A stretch of DNA of 24,000 bases, from assembly GCF_044377145.1 (NCBI RefSeq), contig NZ_JBILJQ010000029.1:28570-52569 (forward strand), read 5' to 3'. A model generated the notes under the pieces. That model was not told the DNA's origin and did no database searches. It saw nothing but the letters and a program-made list of their open reading frames with translations. A program made the position numbers and the translations under genes. Of this stretch, positions 6,020-14,531 are shown piece after piece (the first letter of the stretch is position 1; every line of letters begins with the position of its first letter). The DNA comes from Aquimonas sp. Lineage in GTDB: Bacteria > Pseudomonadota > Gammaproteobacteria > Xanthomonadales > Xanthomonadaceae.

Positions 6020-8182
6020 TTACTTGACCTGCGCACCCGGCAGTGCGCCGGCATCGACATCCAGCAGGAACAGGTCTTCGCCACCGCTGCCAGCGGACAG
6101 GATCATCCCTTCGCTGATGCCGAAGCGCATCTTGCGCGGGGCGAGGTTGGCGATGAAGACGACGCTGCGGCCAACGAGTTTGTCAGGGTCGGCGTAGGCG
6201 GCGCGGATGCCGGAGAAGATCTGGCGCTCGCCGAGATCGCCGGCATCGAGCTTGAAGCGCAGCAGCTTGTCGCTGCCGTCGATGAAGGCGCATTCGAGCA
6301 CCTTGCCGATGCGCAGGTCGAGCTTGGCGAAGTCCTCAATAGCGATGGGATTCGGGATTGGGGATTCGGATTTCGCCGGCGGCGGGGTGGAAGCTGGGGG
6401 CTGGGTCGCTGCGGCCGGCTGGGCATTGGCCTTGGTGGCTTCCGCTGCGGGGGCGAGGGATTCTTTGCTGTTGTCGATCATGGTTTCGATGTGTTTGGGG
6501 TCGATTCGGGTGGCGAGCGGGGTGAAAGGGAGTAGCGCGAGGCTCTCAGTAGGGCTGCGCATAAGGCGCTTAAATCGGTCGGCACGGAGGTCTTCGCTTT
6601 GCTCTGGAAGATTGATCGTTTGATTGACAAAGAGGGAACGCGTGGCACCGCTCAGGCCTGGGACGATCGGGTAGAGGTCCGCAGCGATCAGCCCGAATAT
6701 GCGAAGACCCAGACTGCAGATATCGTGCAGCTCCGCCTCCTTCCCTTCTTGTTTGGCTAGCGCCCAAGGTGCCTTCTCAGCAATGCGCTCGTTGATGCGA
6801 TCTGCTTCAGCCATCAGTACGCGGATAACGCTGCCGAAGGCGCCGCTCTCATACTTGCCGATCAGCTCGTCCCCAATGCGATTCTTCGCCTCCGTCCAGT
6901 AGGCCTTTGACTCCCCGGCGAGCGCGCACAGCTGACCGCCAAAGCGCTTCTCGATAAAGCCCGCGCAGCGGCTGGCGATGTTCACGAACTTGCCGACGAT
7001 GTCGGCGTTGACGCGCTGGGCAAAGTCTTCGAGGTTCAGATCGAGATCGTCGACGCCGCCCGAGCTCTTGGCGGCGAAGTAGTAGCGCAGGTATTCGGGG
7101 TTCAGGCCCGCGTCGAGATAGGTGCGGGCCTGGATGAAGGTGCCGCGCGACTTCGACATCTTGGCGCCGTTGACGGTCAGGTAGCCGTTAACGTGGAGCG
7201 CGCTGGGCACCTTCATGCCCGCGCCCTTCAGCATCGCCGGCCAGAACAGACCGTGGAAGTTGATGATGTCCTTGCCGATGAAGTGGTGCATCTCGAGGGA
7301 ACTGCCTGCGGCAGTGAGCGTCTCGAAGTTCATGCTGTGCGAGTTCTTGTCGCACAGGGCCTTGAAGCTTGCGAGGTAGCCGATCGGTGCGTCCAGCCAG
7401 ACGTAGAAGAACTTTCCTTCCTTTCCAGGAATGGCAAAGCCGAAGTAGGGCGCGTCGCGCGAGATGTCCCAGTCACGCAGGCCTGCAACCAGCCACTCGC
7501 TCAATTTTGCGTGGACGCTTGGGGCGATCGCTGCCTTTTCCCGTCGCTCGTCCAGCCACTCACTGAGGAAGCCCTGGAACTTAGGCAGATCGAAGAAGTA
7601 GTGCTCGCTCTCACGCAGCTCAGGCACGGCACCCGAGACCACCGAGCGCGGGTTCTTGAGATCGGTGGGCGCATAAGCGGCACCGCAGACCTCGCAGTTG
7701 TCGCCGTATTGGTCGGCCGCGCCGCACTTCGGGCACTCGCCCTTGATATAGCGGTCAGGCAGGAACATCTGCCGCTCGGGATCGAACAGCTGCAGGATGC
7801 TCTTGGGCTTGATGTAGTCGCGCTCCAGCCGGCCGTAAATCAGCTCGGCGAGCGCGCGGTTCTCGTCTGAGTGGGTGCTGTGGTAGTGATCGAAGGCGAC
7901 GCCGAACTCGGCGAAGTCGCGCTCGTGGCTGGCCTGGATGCCGCGGATGAACTCTTCAGGCGCCACGCCGGCCTTCTCGGCGGCCAGCATGATCGGCGTG
8001 CCGTGGGCATCGTCGGCGCAAACGAACCAAGCGGGCTGGTTCTTCGACGCGTCCGTGTGGTTCATGCGCTGCGCGCGCACCCAGATGTCCGCCTGGATGT
8101 AGCCGACCAGATGGCCAAGATGCAGATGGCCATTGGCGTAGGGCAGGGCGCAGGTGACGAGCAGCGGAGCTTGGTGGGACAT
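6020..8182 (-). CDS. metG: Methionine--tRNA ligase with C-terminal Trbp111/EMAP-like tRNA-binding domain (720 aa)
   Basis: HIGH motif (ALPYANGHLHLGH), KMSKS motif (GAKMSKSRG) and zinc knuckle CPKCGAADQYGDNCEVCG. A Pro/Ala-rich linker is followed by IEDFAKLDLRIGKV...GMILSA. Confidence 0.97.
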   Translation of the reverse strand: MSHQAPLLVTCALPYANGHLHLGHLVGYIQADIWVRAQRMNHTDASKNQPAWFVCADDAHGTPIMLAAEKAGVAPEEFIRGIQASHERDFAEFGVAFDHYHSTHSDENRALAELIYGRLERDYIKPKSILQLFDPERQMFLPDRYIKGECPKCGAADQYGDNCEVCGAAYAPTDLKNPRSVVSGAVPELRESEHYFFDLPKFQGFLSEWLDERREKAAIAPSVHAKLSEWLVAGLRDWDISRDAPYFGFAIPGKEGKFFYVWLDAPIGYLASFKALCDKNSHSMNFETLTAAGSSLEMHHFIGKDIINFHGLFWPAMLKGAGMKVPSALHVNGYLTVNGAKMSKSRGTFIQARTYLDAGLNPEYLRYYFAAKSSGGVDDLDLNLEDFAQRVNADIVGKFVNIASRCAGFIEKRFGGQLCALAGESKAYWTEAKNRIGDELIGKYESGAFGSVIRVLMAEADRINERIAEKAPWALAKQEGKEAELHDICSLGLRIFGLIAADLYPIVPGLSGATRSLFVNQTINLPEQSEDLRADRFKRLMRSPTESLALLPFTPLATRIDPKHIETMIDNSKESLAPAAEATKANAQPAAATQPPASTPPPAKSESPIPNPIAIEDFAKLDLRIGKVLECAFIDGSDKLLRFKLDAGDLGERQIFSGIRAAYADPDKLVGRSVVFIANLAPRKMRFGISEGMILSAGSGGEDLFLLDVDAGALPGAQVK

Positions 8183-8214
8183 GGGAAGAAGACAGCCGGA
8201 ACAAACGGGCGCGG

Positions 8215-8223
8215 ATTATCCCA
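8215..8223 (-). promoter_or_regulatory. Candidate extended -10 promoter element for metG
   Basis: The minus strand reads TGgGATAAT about 33 nt upstream of the metG ATG. No convincing -35 is present. Confidence 0.3.
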
Positions 8224-8242
8224 TGCGCGCGCAGGCGCGGAC

Positions 8243-8262
8243 GCTGCTGAAGTCTCAGCAGC
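8243..8262 (-). terminator. Hairpin immediately after the FKBP gene stop
   Basis: GCTGCTGA-agtc-TCAGCAGC is a perfect 8-bp stem, 2 nt beyond the stop codon at 8265-8267. There is no U-tract. Confidence 0.3.
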
Positions 8263-8264
8263 TC

Positions 8265-8759
8265 TCAGTCGTTCTTTGCAGCCAGCAGCTCAAGTTCGAA
8301 AACCAGCGAGGCGCCGGGCGGAATCGCGTTGCCGGCGCCGCGGTCGCCATAGCCGAACTCGGGGCCCATCTTGAGCACGCGCATCGCACCGACCTGCATG
8401 CCCTCGATGCCCTGATCCCAGCCGCGGATCACTTGCCCCGCCCCAAGCACGAACTCGAACGGTCGACCGCGCGCATAGGATTCGTCGAACTGCTCACCGC
8501 GAGCGTGCTGCGCGCGCTCGTCGTAGAGAAAGCCGCGGTAGTGCACCTGGACCCGCTGGCCGGCACGTGCGACCTCGCCATTCCCGGCGCGGGTGTCTTC
8601 GATTTGCACACCCTCGATCCGCCCGGCTTCGACCGGCATCGGTGGCGGCCCACAGGCGGTCAGCGCCAGCGCGCACACACCTGCAACGAGCCAGCGCAGC
8701 AGCCGCAGGCGCGGTGCGCAGAACCGCGAGCGGGAGATTGCGTGGAGCAGAGCGCGCAT
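8265..8759 (-). CDS. FKBP-type peptidyl-prolyl cis-trans isomerase, probable lipoprotein (164 aa)
   Basis: ORF 8265..8864 trimmed to ATG at 8759, which follows an AAGGAG SD. Lipobox LALTAC. FKBP core VQVHYRGFL...FEFVLGAGQVIRGWDQGIEGMQVG...GYGDRGAGNAIPPGASLVFELELL. Confidence 0.85.
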   Translation of the reverse strand: MRALLHAISRSRFCAPRLRLLRWLVAGVCALALTACGPPPMPVEAGRIEGVQIEDTRAGNGEVARAGQRVQVHYRGFLYDERAQHARGEQFDESYARGRPFEFVLGAGQVIRGWDQGIEGMQVGAMRVLKMGPEFGYGDRGAGNAIPPGASLVFELELLAAKND

Positions 8760-8823
8760 GCGAAATCCTGTCTCCTTGGGCTGCGCTGGTTGCGGCGACG
8801 CCGGCGCGACCGGCGCCAACGCG

Positions 8824-9657
8824 CTACGGACGCTGCAGCGCGGGCGGCATGCAGGATTCGACACCGTAGGTGCTGGTCAGCTGGGTCAGCTGTTTGACCG
8901 CGATTGGAGCATCCATGAAGCGCATCTGTGCGCGACCACAACCCTGATACGTCAGCTCCAGGGTGCGTCGACCCGCGCTGTCGCTGGTGCCACCGGTCTG
9001 CAGATCGACGCGCAGCCGCGCATTCTCGAACTGACCCATGCCCACCTGCCATACCGGCTTGCCGGCGACATCGAGACCTGTGATGTGGACGATTGCACCG
9101 GGGCTGCCCTCAGCGACATCAACCAGACTGATGAAGACGCCGGTGCCGGGTGCGCTCGGGTCAAACCAGGCGCCGGACAGCGACTGGTGCGGAACATCGC
9201 CGACCCCCAGGAAGCCGAGGTGCGACTCCACCAGGCGATGGGTGGTTTCGCGCTTTTCGCGCACGTGCAGGCGGCGCTCGATCCGATGCAGTCCTTTGCC
9301 CAGCGAACCCAGTGCGATCGGCACCAGCACATCCGGCATGACTACGGCGAGGCAGATCTCTTCCGGGTTCCACACCAGATAGATATCGACGACGCGCGCC
9401 GAAGCCTCGAAGGAGGGTTGATGCGCGACTTCGGTAACGGTCGCGGCTCGGGTTGGATCGATGTGCGGCCGGCCGCAATTGTCGCCGTAGAGCACGAACA
9501 CCGGGTCGGCCGAGGAAAGCGCGTTTCGCGGGTAGATGAAGCTGTCGCGGCCGCCAGATTGCAGACCATCGAGCGGTGGCTTCTGCTCCGTCTGCGCGGC
9601 GGTGCCTGCCATGGCCGTCATCAACAAGGTGAATACCAATGCGATCGAAATCTTCAT
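8824..9657 (-). CDS. Secreted hypothetical protein (277 aa)
   Basis: ORF 8824..9828 trimmed to ATG at 9657, which follows a GGAGG SD. Signal peptide MKISIALVFTLLMTAMAGTAAQ. The C-terminal half carries a G-x-W-F-D-P-x-x-x-G-x-G-V-F motif seen in uncharacterised secreted proteins of related bacteria. Confidence 0.7.
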   Translation of the reverse strand: MKISIALVFTLLMTAMAGTAAQTEQKPPLDGLQSGGRDSFIYPRNALSSADPVFVLYGDNCGRPHIDPTRAATVTEVAHQPSFEASARVVDIYLVWNPEEICLAVVMPDVLVPIALGSLGKGLHRIERRLHVREKRETTHRLVESHLGFLGVGDVPHQSLSGAWFDPSAPGTGVFISLVDVAEGSPGAIVHITGLDVAGKPVWQVGMGQFENARLRVDLQTGGTSDSAGRRTLELTYQGCGRAQMRFMDAPIAVKQLTQLTSTYGVESCMPPALQRP

Positions 9658-9868
9658 GCGAATGCCTCCGGCTAGATGAGGTGGCTGCGCAATCACCGCC
9701 AAAGGACAAGCAGCGGCGACGCAGCCCGTGAAGGTTACCTGACAAAGCAGAGTGAATGCAGCAGGGCGCCGGCTGGGGCCAGGTGCCCGCGGTTTGCCAG
9801 ATGTGTCGCCGTGTTCTGCCCGCTGCATGGGTTTGCATGCTCACTCTGAACGCCTTTGGAGAGCCGCG

Positions 9869-11188
9869 ATGAAACTTGGATTGAAGCTGCTGGTGATCGG
9901 CCTGGTGATGGTGCTGCTGCTGGTTCCGATCCTGCTGCTGAAGGGCTTGGTGTGGGAGCGCCAACAGCGCGCCGAAGAGGTGCGCACCGAAGTGGCGCAG
10001 TCGAGCAGCCGCGCCCAGCGTCTGCTCGGGCCGCTGCTTCTGGTCGAAATTGAAACAGAGAAGGACGAGCGCCGGATGGTGCTTGAGAATGGCACGACCC
10101 GTGAGATCACCGAGATCAAGGCAGTGCGCGAGCAGCGCCTGCTGTTGCCGGCGTCGCTGGCGTTGACCGGCGATTTCAAGACCGAGCTGCGTGGGCGGGC
10201 ATTGTTCAGCGCCGTGCTGTACCACGCCAGCTTCAAAGGCAGCGCAGAGTTCGATCTGACCACCCTGCTGGGCCCGCGACAAAGCTTGCGCCGCGCGGAC
10301 CTGGTGATGGGTCTGGGCGATAACCGCGGCATCAAGCAGGTCGAGCTGCGCGCGGGTGGGGTCGCGCTACCGATCGAGCCGGGAGCGCGTCTGCCCTGGT
10401 TGAGCAACGGGCTGCAGGCAGCCATCGAGCCCACAGCCCTGCATGGCAAGGCCTTGAGCATTGAACTCGATCTGCTGCTGACCGGCACCGAAGCCCTGGA
10501 CTTCGTGCCGGTCGGGGCGGATACCCGGATCGCACTCAGTGGCGACTGGCCGCATCCTTCGTTTCGCGGTGATCTTCTGCCCGGCGCGCCGCAGATCAGT
10601 GCGCAGGGTTTCAGTGCCGACTGGTCGGTGTCGCGCCTGGCCAGCCAGGCGCAGCAGACGATCATGCAGTGCGGGGTCGAAGGCACTAGCTGCCATGGGG
10701 TGGACGCGGTCTCGTTCGGCCTGCGTCTGGTCGATCCGGTGGACCGCTATCTGATGACCGACCGCGCGATGAAGTACGCCTTGCTGGTACTGGTGCTGGT
10801 GTTCGGCGCGGTGTTCTTCATGGAGGTGGTCGGCAAGGGTGAGCTGCATCCGCCGCATTACGGCCTCACCGGCCTGGCGCTGGCGATGTTCTTCCTGCTG
10901 CTGCTCGCGCTGGCTGAGCACATCGGCTTCGGCCTGGCCTACCTGCTCGCCGCGCTGGCCTGTGTTGCGCTTATCTCCAGCTACCTGGGTGGCGTGCTCG
11001 ACAGCCGGCGCAGCACCTTGACCTCGGCCCTGCTGCTGTCGGTGCTGTACGCGCTGCTGTACGGCTTGCTCAAGGCCGAAGATCACGCCCTGCTGCTCGG
11101 CGCGCTGGCACTGTTCGGCTGCCTGTCGGTGTTCATGCTGGCGACACGCAAGGTGCGTTGGTCGGGCTTCGCGCTGGACGCACGCTGA
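9869..11188 (+). CDS. creD: Cell envelope integrity inner-membrane protein CreD (439 aa)
   Basis: ORF 9752..11188 trimmed to ATG at 9869, which follows a GGAGAG SD. N-terminal TM helix, then LKGLVWERQQRAEEV, a large periplasmic domain and a C-terminal cluster of about five TM helices, which is the CreD architecture. Confidence 0.85.
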   Translation: MKLGLKLLVIGLVMVLLLVPILLLKGLVWERQQRAEEVRTEVAQSSSRAQRLLGPLLLVEIETEKDERRMVLENGTTREITEIKAVREQRLLLPASLALTGDFKTELRGRALFSAVLYHASFKGSAEFDLTTLLGPRQSLRRADLVMGLGDNRGIKQVELRAGGVALPIEPGARLPWLSNGLQAAIEPTALHGKALSIELDLLLTGTEALDFVPVGADTRIALSGDWPHPSFRGDLLPGAPQISAQGFSADWSVSRLASQAQQTIMQCGVEGTSCHGVDAVSFGLRLVDPVDRYLMTDRAMKYALLVLVLVFGAVFFMEVVGKGELHPPHYGLTGLALAMFFLLLLALAEHIGFGLAYLLAALACVALISSYLGGVLDSRRSTLTSALLLSVLYALLYGLLKAEDHALLLGALALFGCLSVFMLATRKVRWSGFALDAR

Positions 11189-11308
11189 TGGCGCGCGCCA
11201 TCGATGCAGGGTCGAGGTGATCTCAGGCAATCCTTCGCCGATGCCGCAGGCGCGCACAAAATGCCCGCTTGCGGCATGCTCAGCGGCCCGTCTGCACCAC
11301 GTTCCACG

Positions 11309-12007
11309 ATGACTGAGTATTCAAACTCGCTGCCGCTGCATCTTGTGTATGGCGGCACCTTCGATCCGCCGCATCGTGGCCATCTGGCAATTGCCAGCGC
11401 GGTGCGCGCGCTGCTGCTGGCGCACGGCGTGCATGGCCTGCGTTTCGATTTTCTGCCGAACGCAGACCCGCCGCATCGCGAGGCGCCCGGTGCAAATGCC
11501 GGGCACCGCGTGGCGATGCTCTGGTTGGCGCTGTCGCAGACGCCCGGCTTCGGTATCGATCTGCGCGAGATCCGCCGCGGCGGGGCCTCCTACATGGTCG
11601 ATACGCTGGGCGAGCTGCGCGCGGAACTGGGCGCGCATGCGCCGCTGGTGCTGCTGATGGGATTCGATGCCTGGTGCGGGTTTGATCGCTGGCAGCGCTG
11701 GCAGTCGATTCCCAAACTGGCGCATTTGCTGGTGGTCGACCGCCCAGACCAGACCACGCCGCCGCCCAGTGCGGCTCTGCAGGAGCTTGAGCGCAGCCAT
11801 CGGGCCGGCGTGGACGCCTTGCAGCAGCGTCCGGCCGGGGCGGTTGTCACACTCGCCGTGCCGCCGCACCCAGCCTCGGCCAGCGCCGTGCGTGCTGCGC
11901 TGGCGTCGCCCGAACCGGGCTTGGCCAACGCACTGCTGGAGCCTGCGGTCGCCGACTACATTCGGCGCCACGGCCTGTATTGCGGGCCGGCGCCAGAGTC
12001 GCCCTGA
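11309..12007 (+). CDS. nadD: Nicotinate-nucleotide adenylyltransferase (232 aa)
   Basis: GGTFDPPHRGHL (the (H/T)xGH nucleotidyltransferase motif) lies near the N-terminus, with SASAVR near the C-terminus. Conserved nadD-rsfS-rlmH order. The start was chosen at MTEYSN; the upstream ORF-track extension has no support. Confidence 0.88.
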   Translation: MTEYSNSLPLHLVYGGTFDPPHRGHLAIASAVRALLLAHGVHGLRFDFLPNADPPHREAPGANAGHRVAMLWLALSQTPGFGIDLREIRRGGASYMVDTLGELRAELGAHAPLVLLMGFDAWCGFDRWQRWQSIPKLAHLLVVDRPDQTTPPPSAALQELERSHRAGVDALQQRPAGAVVTLAVPPHPASASAVRAALASPEPGLANALLEPAVADYIRRHGLYCGPAPESP

Positions 12008-12016
12008 CAGACGTCC

Positions 12017-12049
12017 CGCGTGGGCCTCGCCTATACTTGCGCCCACGCG
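12017..12049 (+). other. Stem-loop between nadD and rsfS
   Basis: CGCGTGGGC-15 nt-GCCCACGCG is a perfect 9-bp stem starting 10 nt after the nadD stop. There is no U-tract. The loop contains TATACT. Confidence 0.25.
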
Positions 12050-12141
12050 CCAGCCGGCGCCCAGCCGCAACAGGTCAGTCCGTTTTGAATCCCAAATCCC
12101 CAGTAGCCTTGCCGACGCGCGCGCGCGGCACCAAGAAGTCC

Positions 12142-12528
12142 ATGGACCGCACCGGCGCGGGCCCGAGCGCCGAAGCCCTGCTTGAGCGCATCCGCTTTGC
12201 GCTGGAAGAGCTCAAGGCGCGCGACATCCGCGAGATCGATGTGCGCGGCAAGGCCGGTTTCACCGATCACCTTTTTATCGCCTCCGGCACCTCCAGCCGG
12301 CACGTCAAGTCGATCGCTGACGAAGTACAGAAACAGGCGAAATCGATTGGCGCGATGCCGATCGGCGTCGAAGGTGAGCGCGAAGCCGAGTGGGTGCTGG
12401 TTGACCTTGGCGACGCCGTGGTTCACGTGTTCCTGCCGCGCGTGCGCGAGTTCTATGCGCTGGAGCGGCTGTGGAGCGTCGATGGCGACACCCCTTCGGC
12501 CGCCAACGCTGACACCGCCGAAGACTGA
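12142..12528 (+). CDS. rsfS: Ribosome silencing factor RsfS (128 aa)
   Basis: DIREIDVRGKAGFTDHLFIASGTSSRHVKSIADEV...VLVDLGDAVVHVFLPRVREFYALERLW is the RsfS/IojAP signature. The start was set at MDRTG by comparison with typical family length. Confidence 0.85.
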   Translation: MDRTGAGPSAEALLERIRFALEELKARDIREIDVRGKAGFTDHLFIASGTSSRHVKSIADEVQKQAKSIGAMPIGVEGEREAEWVLVDLGDAVVHVFLPRVREFYALERLWSVDGDTPSAANADTAED

Positions 12529-12543
12529 TCGCGCGCCGGGCCG

Positions 12544-13017
12544 ATGCGCGCCAGCCTGATCGCCGTCGGTACCGGCATGCCGGAGTGGGTGCAGATCGCC
12601 TGCACCGACTACTTCAAACGTCTCTCGCACTGGCTGCCGCTGCAGCTTGTGGAGCTCTCACCCGGCGACCGCGGCAAGGGCCGAGACCCCGCTCGCGCGA
12701 TGGAAGACGAAGGCAGACGCCTGCTCGCGGCCGTGCCCAAGGGCGCGCATGTCGTGCTGCTCGATGGTCGTGGACGTGCGCATGCCAGTGAACAACTGGC
12801 AACCCGGATGCAGGCCTGGCGCATGCAGGGCCAGGACCTCGCATTTCTGATCGGCGGCCCGGACGGCTTCGACGACAGCGTTCGCAAAGCCGCTGGCGAA
12901 AGCTGGTCGCTAGGCCCGCTGACCCTGCCGCATCCGCTGGTGCGCGTGGTGGTGGCCGAACAGCTGTACCGGGCCTGCAGCCTGCTGGCGAACCATCCGT
13001 ATCATCGCGGCGGCTGA
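12544..13017 (+). CDS. rlmH: 23S rRNA (pseudouridine1915-N3)-methyltransferase RlmH (157 aa)
   Basis: SPOUT-fold RlmH signature FLIGGPDGF...LSLGPLTLPHPLVRVVVAEQLYRACSLLANHPYHR. Confidence 0.93.
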   Translation: MRASLIAVGTGMPEWVQIACTDYFKRLSHWLPLQLVELSPGDRGKGRDPARAMEDEGRRLLAAVPKGAHVVLLDGRGRAHASEQLATRMQAWRMQGQDLAFLIGGPDGFDDSVRKAAGESWSLGPLTLPHPLVRVVVAEQLYRACSLLANHPYHRGG

Positions 13018-13195
13018 GTGCCCGCAGCGGGAATCCTGCGGACACCGGCCGGGATCGACTCGAAGCAGTCACCGGATCAGCGCCGACGCGACAGCGAGGC
13101 TAGTGGTTTAGCGAGGGAGCCCGCATTTGGCCAGTGGCGGACGCGCGTCGAGGCAAGCTGATATCTTCCCGCCTCCCTTTCGATAGGCCTGTCCC

Positions 13196-13885
13196 GTGGC
13201 AATCAAAACCGTCAGTGATTTTCTGCAAACCACCGCCCAGAAGGACGTCAGCGCAGACGCCTTTGAACTCGAGAACCCCCATCTGCTTGAGCTGAAGCTC
13301 AATGGCCGGGTCTGGGCCAAGGCGGGCTCGATGGTGGCCTACCACGGCTCGGCCAAGTTCAAACGCGAGGGCGTGCTGGAGCAGGGCATTGGCAACCTGC
13401 TGAAGAAGGCGGTCAGCGGCGAGGGCACGCGACTGATGAAGATCGAAGGCCAGGGCCGGGTCTATCTCGCCGATTCCGGCAAGCGGGTCACGCTGCTGCG
13501 CCTGCAGGGCGAGTCGATCTTCGTCAATGGCAACGATGTACTGGCGTTCGAGGACGGCATCGAGAACAAGATCACCCTGATGCGCCGCGTCGCCGGAATG
13601 ATGGCCGGCGGCCTGTTCAGCATCCGCCTTTCGGGCTCGGGCCTGGTCGCGATCACCTCGCATTTCGATCCGCTGACCCTGCGGGTGACGCGCAATGCGC
13701 CGGTATTCACCGACCCCAATGCGACGGTGGCCTGGTCGGGCAATCTGACCCCGGATTTCGTCACCGACATCACCATCGGCACCTTCCTCGGTCGTGCGTC
13801 GGGCGAGTCACTGCAGATGAAGTTCCAGGGCGAGGGCTGGGTGGTGGTGCAGCCGTACGAGGAATCCTACGCGGCAGCAGGCTGA
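13196..13885 (+). CDS. AIM24-family protein (DUF124), 229 aa, GTG start
   Basis: Full-length resemblance to the bacterial AIM24/TIGR00266-type family: FELENPHLLELKLNGRVWAKAGSMVAYHG...GEGWVVVQPYEE. Confidence 0.8.
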   Translation: MAIKTVSDFLQTTAQKDVSADAFELENPHLLELKLNGRVWAKAGSMVAYHGSAKFKREGVLEQGIGNLLKKAVSGEGTRLMKIEGQGRVYLADSGKRVTLLRLQGESIFVNGNDVLAFEDGIENKITLMRRVAGMMAGGLFSIRLSGSGLVAITSHFDPLTLRVTRNAPVFTDPNATVAWSGNLTPDFVTDITIGTFLGRASGESLQMKFQGEGWVVVQPYEESYAAAG

Positions 13886-13922
13886 TAGAAGAGCGGGCGC
13901 GCTTGGTCGACGTAACGAAGCT

Positions 13923-14528
13923 TCAGCCCGAGCGCGCCCACGCCAGGCAGCGATTGTTTGCCGGCATGGCGATGTCCTCAAGCAGGGCCAAGCCCTGCGC
14001 GCGCGCCAGCGCATCCACGGCTTCAAAGTCGCGGATTCCACGGCTTGAGTGGGTGCTGCGCAGCTGGGCATCGAAAGCTGCGTTGCTGTCGCTGCTGAAG
14101 CGGCCGCCGTAGTTGAACGGGCCATACACCACGAGCGTAGCCCGAGCTTGCAGAGTCTCGCCCAGCATCGCGAAGCAGCGCTCCACTTCCGGCCAGGCCA
14201 TGATGTGCAGGGTGTTGGCGCTGAAGGCCGCATCGAAACGCGCCCGCGGCCAAAGTGCGCGAAGCGCGACATCGAGTTCGATAGGCGCCGGCAGGTTGGC
14301 AAGCTCGGCCTGTGCGATGCGCGCGGCGAGATCAGGCAAATACTCCGCACGGTCGCTGCTGTGCCAACGCAGATGCGTAAGCTGAGCGGCGAAATGCACG
14401 GCGTGCTGGCCGGTGCCGCTGCCAACCTCAAGCACGTTGTGGCAGCCTGCGAAGTGCCGAGTCAGCACCTCGGCAATCGGGCCGCGGTTGCGTTCGCAGG
14501 CGGGCGAGAAGGGCAGTTCGACCTGCAT
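13923..14528 (-). CDS. DUF938-family class I SAM-dependent methyltransferase (201 aa)
   Basis: N-terminal PFSPACERNRGPI is typical of DUF938. SAM motif I is VLEVGSGTGQH. It lies 3 nt downstream of the TraB-family gene. Confidence 0.85.
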   Translation of the reverse strand: MQVELPFSPACERNRGPIAEVLTRHFAGCHNVLEVGSGTGQHAVHFAAQLTHLRWHSSDRAEYLPDLAARIAQAELANLPAPIELDVALRALWPRARFDAAFSANTLHIMAWPEVERCFAMLGETLQARATLVVYGPFNYGGRFSSDSNAAFDAQLRSTHSSRGIRDFEAVDALARAQGLALLEDIAMPANNRCLAWARSG

Positions 14529-14531
14529 GCT

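Noticed and set aside
6540-6900. An apparently lower-GC stretch (about 55-60 percent in 60-nt hand counts) in the metG anticodon-binding region, considered as a recombination patch or mosaic.
   Set aside because: Hand counts elsewhere in metG (for example 7021-7080 and 7381-7440) give similar values. The whole gene is simply less GC-rich than its neighbours, and the protein is collinear with normal MetRS.
9728-9756. A CreB cre-tag (TTCAC-n6-TTCAC) upstream of creD.
   Set aside because: Two TTCAC pentamers exist on the minus strand, but their start-to-start spacing is 24 nt, not 11. They are oriented toward the divergent gene.
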